A DNA stretch of 64,000 nucleotides. Source: Anthoceros angustus (Eukaryota; Plantae; Anthocerotophyta). Positions 45,981-58,200 of this stretch are shown here, in pieces. Below the pieces are notes generated by a model. That model was given only the letters and a program-made list of their open reading frames with translations, searched no databases and was not told the DNA's origin. The stretch's first letter is position 1. Each line of letters opens with the position of its first letter. Location: positions 922,856-986,855 of the forward strand of contig MU008176.1 in NCBI GenBank assembly GCA_010909165.1. Direction: 5' to 3'. The position numbers and the translations under genes are program-made.

Positions 45981-46254
45981 TGATGAAATATGACCTATTT
46001 AGGGCACTCTTCACTAGGGCACCTAAGGCTATTAATTAATTTAGTTCTTAGGGCTTTAGGTAGTTTAATGAGTAGTTAGTTGTTACAACCACTTAGAGGT
46101 TAGAACTACTTATGGTTACAACCACCTTATGGTTATAACCACCTAGCCTATATAAAGGCTTTGTACTTTCTATTATAATCAATGCATACAACTTTTGTGC
46201 AAAGCTTTCTACTATCGCTATGTTTTGCTACCTAGAGCACTATGATTCTCATCA
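45981..46254 (+). repeat. 5' LTR (274 bp)
   Basis: tgatgaaatatgacc...tatgattctcatca; contains TATATAAA. Confidence 0.95.
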
Positions 46255-46265
46255 TGGTATCGAGC
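46255..46265 (+). other. Primer-binding site for tRNA-iMet (one base missing)
   Basis: TGGTATCGAGC versus canonical TGGTATCAGAGC, directly after the 5' LTR. Confidence 0.9.
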
Positions 46266-47045
46266 ATTGCTGCTCTCTATTTGCATTGGACAACTTGACA
46301 TGCTGATCTACTCTTCTTCTTCATCTTCTTCTTCATTTCTTTTTAGAAGATGCATAGATTCTTTAGATTGCATGTCATAGATTGTCATGTTTTGCCTTCC
46401 TTAATCTTCAATAATGCACACAGTGCATCCAATCCTTGCTTCAATGCGATGGACCTTCAATCCTCAAGCAAGGCTATTGGAAGAAGATTAAGGCTGCAAG
46501 ACAAGAGATAGAATATAGGAATGCAAAGATTAGAATTGCTAGGAAGTCTAGTAAGATAGTAGGAGATTCCATACTTATTGCTAACTTCATTGGCTCTATT
46601 CTAATCAAAGTAGAAGATCAAGGGAGGCGGATAGAATTGCTAGAAGAAACTTGCTTACTATCTTTAGTTTAAGTCAAGTGAAAGCAATTGAACTCGCTCT
46701 TGATCATATCCCAAATCTACAAGCGGTCCTCTTCCTCCTCTCCAATGCGGGTTTACAACAACACAAGCAAGAAACTTCCGATTCGATAAAGACTCTCGCC
46801 AGAGAACCACGTCAACACACCCTACGAACAAGCATAGAGGAGTTAGCAAGAGAAGTGCGTGATCTCAATAAGCGCCTCCTTGAGCATCTTGATCCAAACA
46901 TCAATCTTCATCACAAACTTTCCCTTCTGCTCGTCATCCCGACAAACACGCCAAGACAGAAAAGGTTTCTTCTTGTTTTGCTCCTTGCGATTTCTGCATG
47001 ATGATGAGGAAATGCGCGCGCTCTCTAAGCAATAGTGACCACACA

Positions 47046-50000
47046 ATGGCTGGTTCCGACGTGGACGAACGAGAGGAGAGGAAGGATCCACCCAAAGATG
47101 AAGTACGACCTTCCGTGGTGAATCACAACTATGGTGACAGTTTTAAGGAGAAGGACAGATTCAATGGGCAGGCGTATGACGTTTGGCGCCTGCGAATGCG
47201 TGCACTTTTCCGCAATCGAGACCTATGGGACGTTGTAAGTGGGTCCACACCCAGACCACAGTGGGGCTCCGAGAGCAAAGAAACCTGGGACGCCAGGGAT
47301 GAAAAAGCTCAAGACCTCCTGATCAGTGGACTAGCACTTAACATGGTAAGACAATGCAGTCAAGCAAAAACTTCTAAACAGATGTGGGATCACCTTGCTC
47401 AGTTATATTCTTCAAGAGATGTGATGAGTATGATGACCGCGATGCAACTTCTTCAATCAAGATGAAGGAATCGACTCGTCGAACACCATATCAACACTTT
47501 TCCGAAGCTAGATCTCAATATGAAGCCGCCACCAACACCTCCGTCTCGAACTTGTTGCATTCCTTGTTCTCTTGATTTCCCTCCCACCCTCCTGGACCAT
47601 TTCTCACCACACGTAACGTGGTTCGACAAGCCCAAAAGAATTCGGCGGTTTCGATGCGAAGACCTCGACATCGTGTCGCAACTCATCGGAGCCATGATTC
47701 GAGGAGTCCATCGGCGCCATGAGCCCAAGTCCACCCGGCGGTGATGTCTGTTGGAAGAGGCGGAGGAAGAGGCGGCAAAAGTTCTCCTTCCAATAGACAC
47801 CTTATTCCACACCAAACAAATATCATGGCGAATCCAACTCTTCCACACCTTCCGGTACCAAAAGAGTGGAATTATTTGTAATTGGTGCGAATACCTAATC
47901 ACATGGAAAAGGACGTAGAAAGAAGAAGAATGGGAACCTAGATCGAGGCCCCGCTCATGTTGCTTCAAGAAACACTCTTCATCAACAACACGTGTGCTCA
48001 CTATTTGCCTTGCATCCTCTAAGCCGCAACCGCTTATTGGTACACAGACGGTGGAGCAACATCACATATCTGCTACAACAAAGACTCCTTGAGTCATACA
48101 CCCCACCACAGGACATCCATTGTTCTCCGGGCGATGATCACACCTTCCATAGCGGGCCTAGGTTCTTGTACTCGATGTGATTCGGTCGACTCTTCATCTT
48201 CATCAAGTCCTCCATGTTCGCCATGTGCAAAACCTAGTGTCACCGCTAGTCTTTGCAAAGAACATACCATGTGTCCTTTTATATGCCGATAGTTGTTCCT
48301 TTCCTACCTCAAGAATAGAACACACACTATGACGGCATCTTAGAAGATGGACTCTATAGATTGTCGGGTCAAGTAGGAGCCACACATTCGTCAATGTAGC
48401 CTCCCAACATTCGCACAACCAACACACACGATGCTCGGCATTGTAGATTAGGTCACCTAATAGTCGGTTACTCCAAATGTCTAGAGACAACCTATAGAAC
48501 ACCTGTCTCTCCAAGGTTCACAACTTAGATTGGTGCGAAACTGTGTCCTCACAAAACGTCACAGAACCTTTCAAAATCCATCTCCTCAAAGGGCCAAGTC
48601 ACCTTTAGAGATAGTACACAGACATTTGTGGACCCCTCTCTACACCCTCCGGTGGTAGTAGATACTTCTTAACTTTACCGACGACTATTCCGTTTGCCTC
48701 TCCTACATCCTCACAAAGAGTGAAACTTATCTTTTCAAGGATTACATGGCATGGCGAAAGGCTTACAGATCACAAACTCAAGACCTTACGTTCCGACAAC
48801 GGTGGAGAGTTTACATCTCATAGATTTGCTGAATTTTGTCGAGGCGTAGCTCAACAATTAAGTGTAGTATACACTCCTCGGCAAAATGGCGTCAGAAAAT
48901 AAGAATCTCCGCCTCCAAGAGATTACAGTTGCTGTTAACACAAGCTAACTTATCCAAAGCTTATTGAGGCCCTCCTTACAACCTATCTCATGAATCGCCG
49001 ACTTCCTCGTTCAAGGTATGACTCCATATGAAGCATTCACGGCAACAAGCCTTCCATAGATCACCTTGATTTTTGGCTCTCCGCATATGTCTTTATCCCT
49101 AAAGTACAACGCAAGAAGTTAGATCCAAAAGCTGCCAAATATCTATTTATTGGCTACACCGAAGGCATCAAAGGTTACAAGCTATTTGAACCCACAACAC
49201 GGAAGCTTATATATGCCAGGAGTGTTACTTTTCATGAGTCTTACCTCTTTTCCCCAGCAGTGGGAGCTGGTACATCCGGCCCTGAGGACGTCTCTTCCGA
49301 AGAGCCCTCAGATACCTCCTCATTTGATGATAATTATATCACTCAATTTCCAGTTCGCTCTCGTGTTCCGTGGTTGAACCTCTTCTGCGGAGGAGGAGGA
49401 GTTAGCATCTATTCCACCAAACACCACCGGATGGCGACAACATTCAAGTCGAGGAGCCGGTGACACTCTTTATGAAGAGCATGATGACCCTCCGTGAATG
49501 ACATGGAGCACCAGATCCTATTGATGTTCTGCTCCGATGGAAGATGCACCGTAACCTACACAAAGGTACAACTTAAGAACCCGTCAATCCGGACCCGCAG
49601 GATGGAAGGAACCTCCTTTAGGATATCTAGCTGTTTTGATGATCCTCTTCCCCTGTATCACTTTACTCACAAGTATACAAGGCAACCATAGATCCGAAGA
49701 ACCTCTTACCTTAAAACAAGCTTTCTCTTCTCCGAAAAAGCCTTATGGAAGGTAGTAGATTCGAATATAACTCTCTCATTAGTAACTCTACATGGAATTG
49801 GTTAAGCCACCTAAGGGTAGGAAGATAGTCACCAGCAAATGGGTATTCAAAATTAAGAGAAAAGGAGATGGTTCCATTGAGAGATACAAAGCACGCCTTG
49901 TGGCGATTCACCCAGATACGGGTTTAGATTACCTCCCATGGGCCACATTCGCTGATAGCAAAGTTTGCTTCCCTTAGAATAATCTTCTTATGACCCATCA

Positions 50001-52580
50001 TGATCTTGAGCTCCATATGATGGATGTGAAGACAAGATATCTCTATGGCCGTCTTCAAGAAGAAATCTACATGAAACAGCCGAAGGTTATGAGGTTAAAG
50101 GCAAGGAAGATTGGGTATGAGACTAATTAAAGGCTTGTATGGCCTTAAGCAATCGGTAAAATTGGAATATGGACATACATGTGAAACTCATCAAAGAGGC
50201 TTCCGCAAAGTGATGCCGATGCATGCATGTATATCCTAATATCGTGCAATGATACCTTTTACTTATTGCTCTCGTCGAGGCGTAGCTCAACAATTAAGTG
50301 TAGTATACACTCCTCGGCAAAATGGCGTCAGAAAATAAGAATCTCCGCCTCCAAGAGATTACAGTTGCTGTTAACACAAGCTAACTTATCCAAAGCTTAT
50401 TGGGTGAGGCCCTCCTTACAACCTATCTCATGAATCGCCGACTTCCTCGTTCAAGGTATGACTCCATATGAAGCATTCACGGCAACAAGCCTTCCATAGA
50501 TCACCTTGAATTTTTGGCTCTCCATATGTCTTTATCCCTAAAGTACAACGAAGTTAGATCCAAAAGCTGCCAAATATCTATTTATTGGCTACAAGGCATC
50601 AAAGGTTACAAGCTATTTGAACCCACACGGAAGCTTATATATGCGAGTGTTACTTTTCATGAGTCTTACCTCTTTTCCCCAGTGGGAGCTGGTACATCCG
50701 GCCCGAGGACGCCTCTTCAAGAGCCCTCGGATACCTCCTCATTTGATGATCTTATCACTCAATTTCCAGTTCACCTCTCGTGTTCCGTAGTTGAACCTCT
50801 TGCGAGGAGGAGGAGTTAGCATCTATTCCACGAAACACCACCGGATGGCGACAACATTCAAGTCGAGGAGCCAGACACTCTTTATGAAGAGCATGATGAC
50901 CCTCCGGAATGACATGGAGCACCAGATCCTATTGATGTTCTGCTCCGATGGAAGATGCACCGGAACCTACACAAAGGTACAACTTAAGAACCCGCAATCC
51001 GGACCCGGATGGAAGGAACCTCCTTTAGGATATCTAGCTTTTTGATGATCCTCTTCCCCTGTATCACTTTACTCACAAGTCGTATACAAGGCAACCATAG
51101 ATCCGGAAGAACCTCTTACCTTAAAACAAGCTTTCTCTTCTCCGAAAAAGCCTTATGGAAGGTAGTCAGATTCGAATATAACTCTCTCATTAGTAACTCT
51201 ACATGGGAATTGGTTAAGCCACCTAAGGGTAGGAAGATAGTCACCAAATGGGTATTCAAAATTAAGAGAAAAGGAGATGGTTCCATTGAGAGATACAAAG
51301 CACGCCTTGTGGCGATTCACCCAGATACGGGTTTAGATTACCTCCCATGGGCCACATTCGCCCAAGAGGTTTGCTTCCCTTAGAATAATCTTATATGACC
51401 CATCATGATCTTGAGCTCCATATGATGGATGTGAAGACAAGATATCTCTATGGCCGTCTTCAAGAAGAAATCTACATGAAACAGCCCAAGGTTATGAGGT
51501 TAAAGGCAAGGAAGATTGGGTATGCTAATTAAAGGCTTGTATGGCCTTAAGCAATCGGTAAAATTGGAATATGGACATACATGTGAAACTCATCAAAGAG
51601 GCTTAGGCAAAGTGATGCCGATGCATGTATATCCTAATATCGTGCAATGATACCTTTTACTTATTGCTCTCGTCGGACGTATTCATGGCCACAAACTCTC
51701 TTACTCTCCTAGCCGAGATCAAAAGTCGGCTCAAGACTTTTATGAAATGTCCGATTTAGGAGAAATGACATATGCACTTGGTGTCAACATTATTAGAGAT
51801 CGAGCAAACAAGACTCGAGTATTGTTCAAACCAAGTACATTAAAGAAAGTTTAACCAAGTTTGGACTTGAAGATGCGAAACACCTACACCTTTGCTAGCG
51901 GGTCGCTTACCATGGATATGAGTCCAAAGACGACAAGATAAGTTGGAAATGTCGGTCCCATATCGACATCTGTTGGCACACTTATATATTTATCCAACTT
52001 CACACGACCGGATATATCTTTCAAGTCGCTCATTCACAATTCACGGAGAACCACGGCGTGAACACGGATGTCAACTAAGCGCATATTCGAGATACCTCAA
52101 GGGTACCATGCACACAGATTGACATTCAAGTATACACCGAGCATAAAGACGTTGACATTAACGACTTACGCCGACTATCTTTGGTGACCCGACACTCAGA
52201 TCCGTGTCGAGTGCGTCGCTATTGGGGAGCACCGATATCTGGTCAAGTAAGAAACAACCAACCATAGCCTTGTCCGACCGAGTCGAGTATAGAGTACTAA
52301 CCTCGGTTGCTAAAGACATAGTATGGACTAGGCTAACCTTGAGTGAACTTCATCACAAGCGGAAAAGCCACCTTGTTGTTGAGTGATAGTCGGGGAGCTA
52401 TAGCCTTGTCAAGGAACCTCTTCCACTCTAGAACTAAACATATTCTCGAATATCATTATATCGGAGAGAAAATAGAGGATAAAACTATAGATATTAGTTA
52501 TGTTCAAACTTTAGATAATGCATGATTTATTAACAAAGTCACTAGGCATTGAATCGCATAGAAACATATGAAATGTTTAG
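47046..52580 (+). pseudogene. copia gag-pol, frameshifted, with an internal ~1.4-kb tandem duplication
   Basis: Domain motifs as listed for the element; 48838-50273 is repeated at 50274-51675. Confidence 0.92.
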
Positions 52581-54440
52581 GTATATTGGACACCTGTCTA
52601 AGCCTCCATATAGTTCATCCTAGCACTAAATTGGTCTACTTAAGATAACCTTAGTAATCCAATATTCTATTCTAAGTCTTGAACAATCATCCTCAATCTT
52701 AACATAGGCCGTAGCTGCATCCTCTCCTTCATACATAGTTGAGGTGCTCTCTAGAAAATAATATTAAAATATTAAAATAATATTTTGCTAATTAAAACTT
52801 TTCATATTCTCTTAACATCAAGAATACTCACGATAGACATGGATCATATGCGGAAATTCTTCACAAACATACATAACCGTATCATATGTATCTTAGTTTC
52901 CTGGCAAACATAGGAGCATGGAGGTACGTCAGGCCCGAATTCCCCTTTCATATTAGTGATTATATAGATGAGCTTCACATCATCACCCTTGGGATATATG
53001 CCGGGTTTCCAGAATCCTATGTTTCCTATTCTATGTCTTTCTTCGGGGCCAGAAAAGAAACCTAAAAAATGGGCAAGATTTTAGCAAGAGAAAAATAAGT
53101 TAGAACACCTTTTTTAGAGTCACAAAAAGCATGTCTACCTTTTTCATTTTTCTCATTTTCTTCATTTTTCATTTCATTTTCCTTTTTCCCATAATTTTCC
53201 ATACATAAATCTGCAAAAATAGTATCAGAAAATTCATCACAATTAATATTTTTGAAACTAGAAAATGGTCATTTGAAGATGCCCACAAACGGGCTTACAA
53301 CTAGGTGCCTCTCCTCATGACAAAGGGGGCATCCTGCCAAGGTGCCTCCCCTTCACGACAAGGGGAATGCCTTGCTATACCATCGCTATCTTACTTGAGA
53401 TTTCAGCCTCCCTTCATCAGCGGGGAAGTCCTTCAATGAAGATTCTTCCGAGGCACTTGTATCGATAAGAGAACAATCTCGCGATTTCTTCCTCACAGAG
53501 CTTTGAGAAATCTTCCTCGACGATCTCTCACACGCAGTGTGACGACATGCCGCATTGGAGCAGTGTTGGCTTGGGATTAGCGAGCACTTTTGAGACATTG
53601 AGACAAGACATGCGAAGATCTTCTTTAATCTCCGGCTTGGGTGAGACACTCCGCATATGGCGGCACTCACACATCAATGGCGATCTTCTGCGAGAACAAA
53701 TTCCACCTCTCCCGGTGACTTCAACCTCTACGAGCTCAGACCACTTCATCCCACCGAAAACGTGGTGGGCTCTCCACAAAGGTTGGAATCCATTTAGATG
53801 CGGTGGAGGATCACGGTACACAAGCGTCTGCTCCTCGAGGCGCGGTCCCTCCCGGCACTCTTCTTTCTTTTTCCACCGCAGTGTTGGCACACACCTACTT
53901 GCGAATCGGCGCCGCACCACCGCAGTGATCCGAGCACATGGGCGGGCGCGACCCGCCGATGGCCGCGCCTCCCTCGGAGGCGCCTGCCCCACCGGTTTTG
54001 GCGCCATAGCGCAAGTTCTTTGTGTTTCATGAGCGGGAGGCGGGAGGCGGGAGCGGAGCGAGGGGAGGAGGAATAAAACCGTATGAGGGAGGGTACATAA
54101 CGGTATGCCCCCATGGGCATGGGACCATCATATGGCGGGCCGCTCATTAAATAAAACCTTTTCACCTTACCCCTTTTAAGTTTTGTTTAACTTTTACCTA
54201 TGGTTTTACTAAGATTAACCTAGTTTAAGTTTTACTTTTATCTTTTACCTTGTTTAGGAATTTACCATTTCCTAATTAAGTTTTTGGTAATTAATTTTGA
54301 TTACATTAAATTCTGCTTAAATGTAACTTAAGCCAGTTTTTAATTGTTTTCTTAGTTAGCGGATAGCTTTCAAGTTAGTGGGAGCTAACTAGCCTTTTTT
54401 TAGTCTCATTTTGAAGCTGATTCTTCACACCTAGTTCATA

Positions 54441-54451
54441 GTGAGTGGGAG
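54441..54451 (+). other. Polypurine tract
   Basis: gtgagtgggag immediately 5' of the 3' LTR. Confidence 0.75.
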
Positions 54452-54730
54452 TGATGAAATATGACCTATTTAGGGCACTCTTCACTAGGGCACCTAAGGC
54501 TATTAATTAATTTAGTTCTTAGGGCTTTAGGTAGTTTAATGAGTAGTTAGTTGTTACAACCACTTAGAGGTTAGAACTACTTATGGTTACAACCACCTTA
54601 TGGTTATAACCACCTAGCCTATATAAAGGCTTTGTACTTTCTATTATAATCAATGCATACAACTTTTGTGCAAAGCTTTCTACTATCTGCTTGCTATGTT
54701 TTGCTACCTAGAATGATATGATTCTCATCA
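54452..54730 (+). repeat. 3' LTR (279 bp)
   Basis: Identical to the 5' LTR except for small differences in the last ~45 bp. Confidence 0.95.
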
Positions 54731-57662
54731 ACCCACCACGGCGGTGGTCGAACTTACACTGTCGTGGTGGGCCGATGATTGATTATGGTGGGTAGGAACC
54801 GATTGTAGGAGGACTAGAATCCATAGTTTTGGAACATCTTGACACAAAACCATTCCCTTGGGATCGAATCCTAGGACTATAACGACATAGAGGGTAAATG
54901 TGGCCTCCTTGCGTCTTTGGATGCAAAAACCTATTCCACAGTAACACATATGAGATGTCCATGCCCTCAATGCAATGGATGACGACGCATCTCGGCTCAC
55001 ATTTCGAGACAACATTGTCAACAAGCTATTTTGGAGCTCTAGAGGGAATTGGTGAGCAGCACTTGCTTTCAATAGTATGCAAATAATGTGGAGTAATACT
55101 CATGCATGGATGTTTGATTGGCAAGCGCACATGCGTGCAGAACCCCTAGTCAATGATTACGGAATAAGCCGAGAACCAGAATATACAGTCACAGATGGTA
55201 ACGGTGCAAAAGGATTGAGGAGGCTGCCATTGACTGGATGGAAGAAGACGAGGGCACATCCAGCGACGAGCTCAGGGAGATACTCAAAGAGAGCAAAGAG
55301 AGTAAGGCTATGCTCTTGTCTTCTTCAAGTTCTAAGATTGAGGGATCATCTTAAATAGATGCACCTACTAGGGACAAAATTTCACTACATACTTGAATAG
55401 AGACTCCTCTTCATAAACAAGCCGTATCGTTGTGGGTATTGAGATAAATTTAGATGGTGAATGTCAGTCTATACATGTCAAAACAGCTAGATTTTTTTAT
55501 GTGTGGTATTTTGGCTTATTTTCAGGGGTCTTTTTCTAGGTTTTTGAGGCCCAAACCGCTTTAGAGAAGACAAACCCCTTTAAGAGGAAACACTGTTCAA
55601 ATACTTGACATATTATAAGGCAAAAATACGAAGCTGCCTCTTTGATAATCTACTAGTCTAAAGTTTAATACAGCGGTTTAGGATCATTCAGCTTGAGACG
55701 TAGACAAGTCTACGTATCGAGAGGCCAAGTTTGACAGTTTACGTCTAACCACTTTTGGGAATCTTGAGAGAGACCTCTGAGAAGTTACTCTTGTTGGAAT
55801 TCTTATATTGGGGGCTCAGTTGAAAGAGACCGAGCTAAAGAATACAACCATGGTATGAAAGCTGGAGTGTGGACGACTTTATCTGAACACATCTGCCAAT
55901 GTTCTAGGGGTTTGTAATACGCTTGTGTGGTTTGCTTTGGCCATGACAATATCATAAACATTATCGAGTAAAAAATCTTGCGTTGTAGACCTCGCACGAG
56001 GGAGGCTGGCGCCCTCAGATTCCGGAGCGATTTACAAATCTTTTCAAACCATCAAGGGGAGGGCACCCCATCCCGATACCGATCGGCCCACACGCTGCTT
56101 AACTATGGAGTTCTTACCTCAGTTGGTGTATATGCACCCTATCAATTTGCGGAAGACCTCTAGACAATAAATAAGAAGTGTGCAAGAGACAATTAATTAA
56201 AGATGAACAATATTTGGTCTTTTATACAAATGTCACTAACCCTTGTTTGTATCATTAACTGGTGATAGGTTAAATAAATAACCAAAGGGTTAAACGAATT
56301 AACCCCAGTACTCCCTCTGAACCGAACCAGGACAATGAGGTGTGAACAATGAGATGGGCCATAACTCTTCGACACCAATTTCAACTCGTGACAACGATTT
56401 AGCTGGTCAGTCATGCAAGCATGGAGACTGTGTGTAGTGGAATGGAGCCCTAAGCAGTAATCACCTACGTGCTCAAGGCCATTAGCCTTATAATAACAAT
56501 GGCAGTGCAGGCAATTTGCAATGAGAGGATGGTGTGCTCCAGGAACTCTGTCTTGTCGAGCCAGAAGTGGCCAAAGACCAAAAGAGTTGAAATTGGGAGC
56601 ACCCTCAGATTCGGTAGGGCCATCACGTAGCATAAGAGCATGAGAAGCAGCTCCAAGAAGGACAACATCACCAGGACTAAGCGCAGATGGGCGGCCAAGA
56701 GCGAGGAGAGGCAATGGCGGTCAGCTGCAGATAGAAACCTAGTGTGCAACCTGATAGAGATACTGGAGAAGAGTGAAGTCTCCACTCTTCTGGTGGCTCA
56801 CTCAAGCCGGCACTTGCTTAGCTCTTAGAGCTAAGCAAGCTACTCAACGTAGCACAAGCCAAGACATATGAGCTAGAGGCACCCTTGTTTGCATCGTCGG
56901 TGCCTTGGGCTCGTGATCTAAATGGGCCGGTTTGCACCCCAATCCGCCCATGCACGCCTTCGATCCTGCTGGATGGAAGGATGGAGGGGCTGCAAAGAGG
57001 TAGAACATTTAGATATGTACAACCCGTTTCTAATCTCAAGCCTGTATTGGTATATAGGTATAGTTAGCATGTAGGTCCAAATGGCATAGTCCAAATGGAC
57101 ACACATACTTTAAGAACGTCGTAGTTAAGCGCTCCACACTACAAGCAGGACTCGGATGGGGTACCTAGAGAGGAATGCCTTTAGTGCTAGTAACCTAATT
57201 TACTACATGGAGCAAGTAGCCCAGAGTACCGACTCCCATTGCGGCATGTCCGTCCTTAGTGGACCTCAAATAAATTGTTTCTTTATACACCGAACTGCGC
57301 CCTTACGCCGGATCAGTACTCGGATGGGGTACCCAGCAAGCCAATGCAAGATATTTTTTCCTATTTTAACATTCATCTTTTGAGGTTAAGGAATTCTAAA
57401 TTAGGCTAGCACTTAGAGCTACCTACAAGGAAAAGGCAAATTATGCAAACTTTCCTTATTAGATTTTCTTACTTATTACTCCATCTCTAAATCTACGAAA
57501 CATAAATCTAGATTCCTTTTTAAGACGTATAATTACAACCATTGGAGTCTATCATACTCTCCAAAAACCACAAACCACAAACCTAATATGATGTGCTATT
57601 TGCTTTTCTCTCTACTACTAGAAGCAAGGAAGAGATCGCAAGCAAGTCCATGGCGGATCTTT

Positions 57663-57674
57663 GCTCTGATACCA
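57663..57674 (-). other. Intact tRNA-iMet primer-binding site of a second, minus-strand LTR element
   Basis: gctctgatacca is the reverse complement of TGGTATCAGAGC. No paired LTR was found in the window. Confidence 0.65.
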
Positions 57675-58200
57675 AGTTAGAGATGCCATTGCAGAAGCAT
57701 CTTGCATCAAGCAGAAGCTATATTAACAATGAATGAATAATAATAGTAACCTCTATGGTTTAGGTTTATAGGTGGACTTTTAAAGGGATTACGAAGGGTT
57801 GTGTCTTTTCATTAGCCTGCTAGTTGACAAACTACATTTAAAGCTAAGGCCTAGTTAGACTAACCGACGTGGTACAGAACCAATGTGGTCTGCTTTTATT
57901 TCTAAGTGTAAACCGTGTCTGGGTTTCTTGGTTGATATCTCACAATTAGATCTTGCTTTCGTGCTTCATCCATTAAGTGTATTGACCACAAAAACCCCCG
58001 ATCTTGTACAAGAAAGAGCTAGGGCATCCATATATGATGGCAACCAAAGCATGGTGACGAAGAAGGTCATGCACATGGAATCATCTGGCTCTACCTAGAG
58101 GCTTGGTAGGTTTAGAAGTAGATGTGGAGGGTCTAGAGAAGACTCTCAGCCCAAGGGCAGCCATATGCTTGAAGTGCTTTAGCTTGGGCAGCTCTTACTA

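Larger units (their letters stand above)
45981..54730 (+). mobile_element. Ty1/copia LTR retrotransposon, full-length and young, with many apparent frameshifts
   Basis: Near-identical LTRs TGATGA...TCATCA, PBS and PPT. Domain order gag (FNGQAYDVWRLRMRALF..LWDVV), Zn-knuckle remnant ~47875, protease (WYTDGGATSHIC ~48040), integrase (VHTDICGP, LRSDNGGEF, YTPRQNG), RT (KWVFKIKRKGDGSIERYKARLVA), RNase H (WSSKKQPTIALS) is the copia order. Confidence 0.97.
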
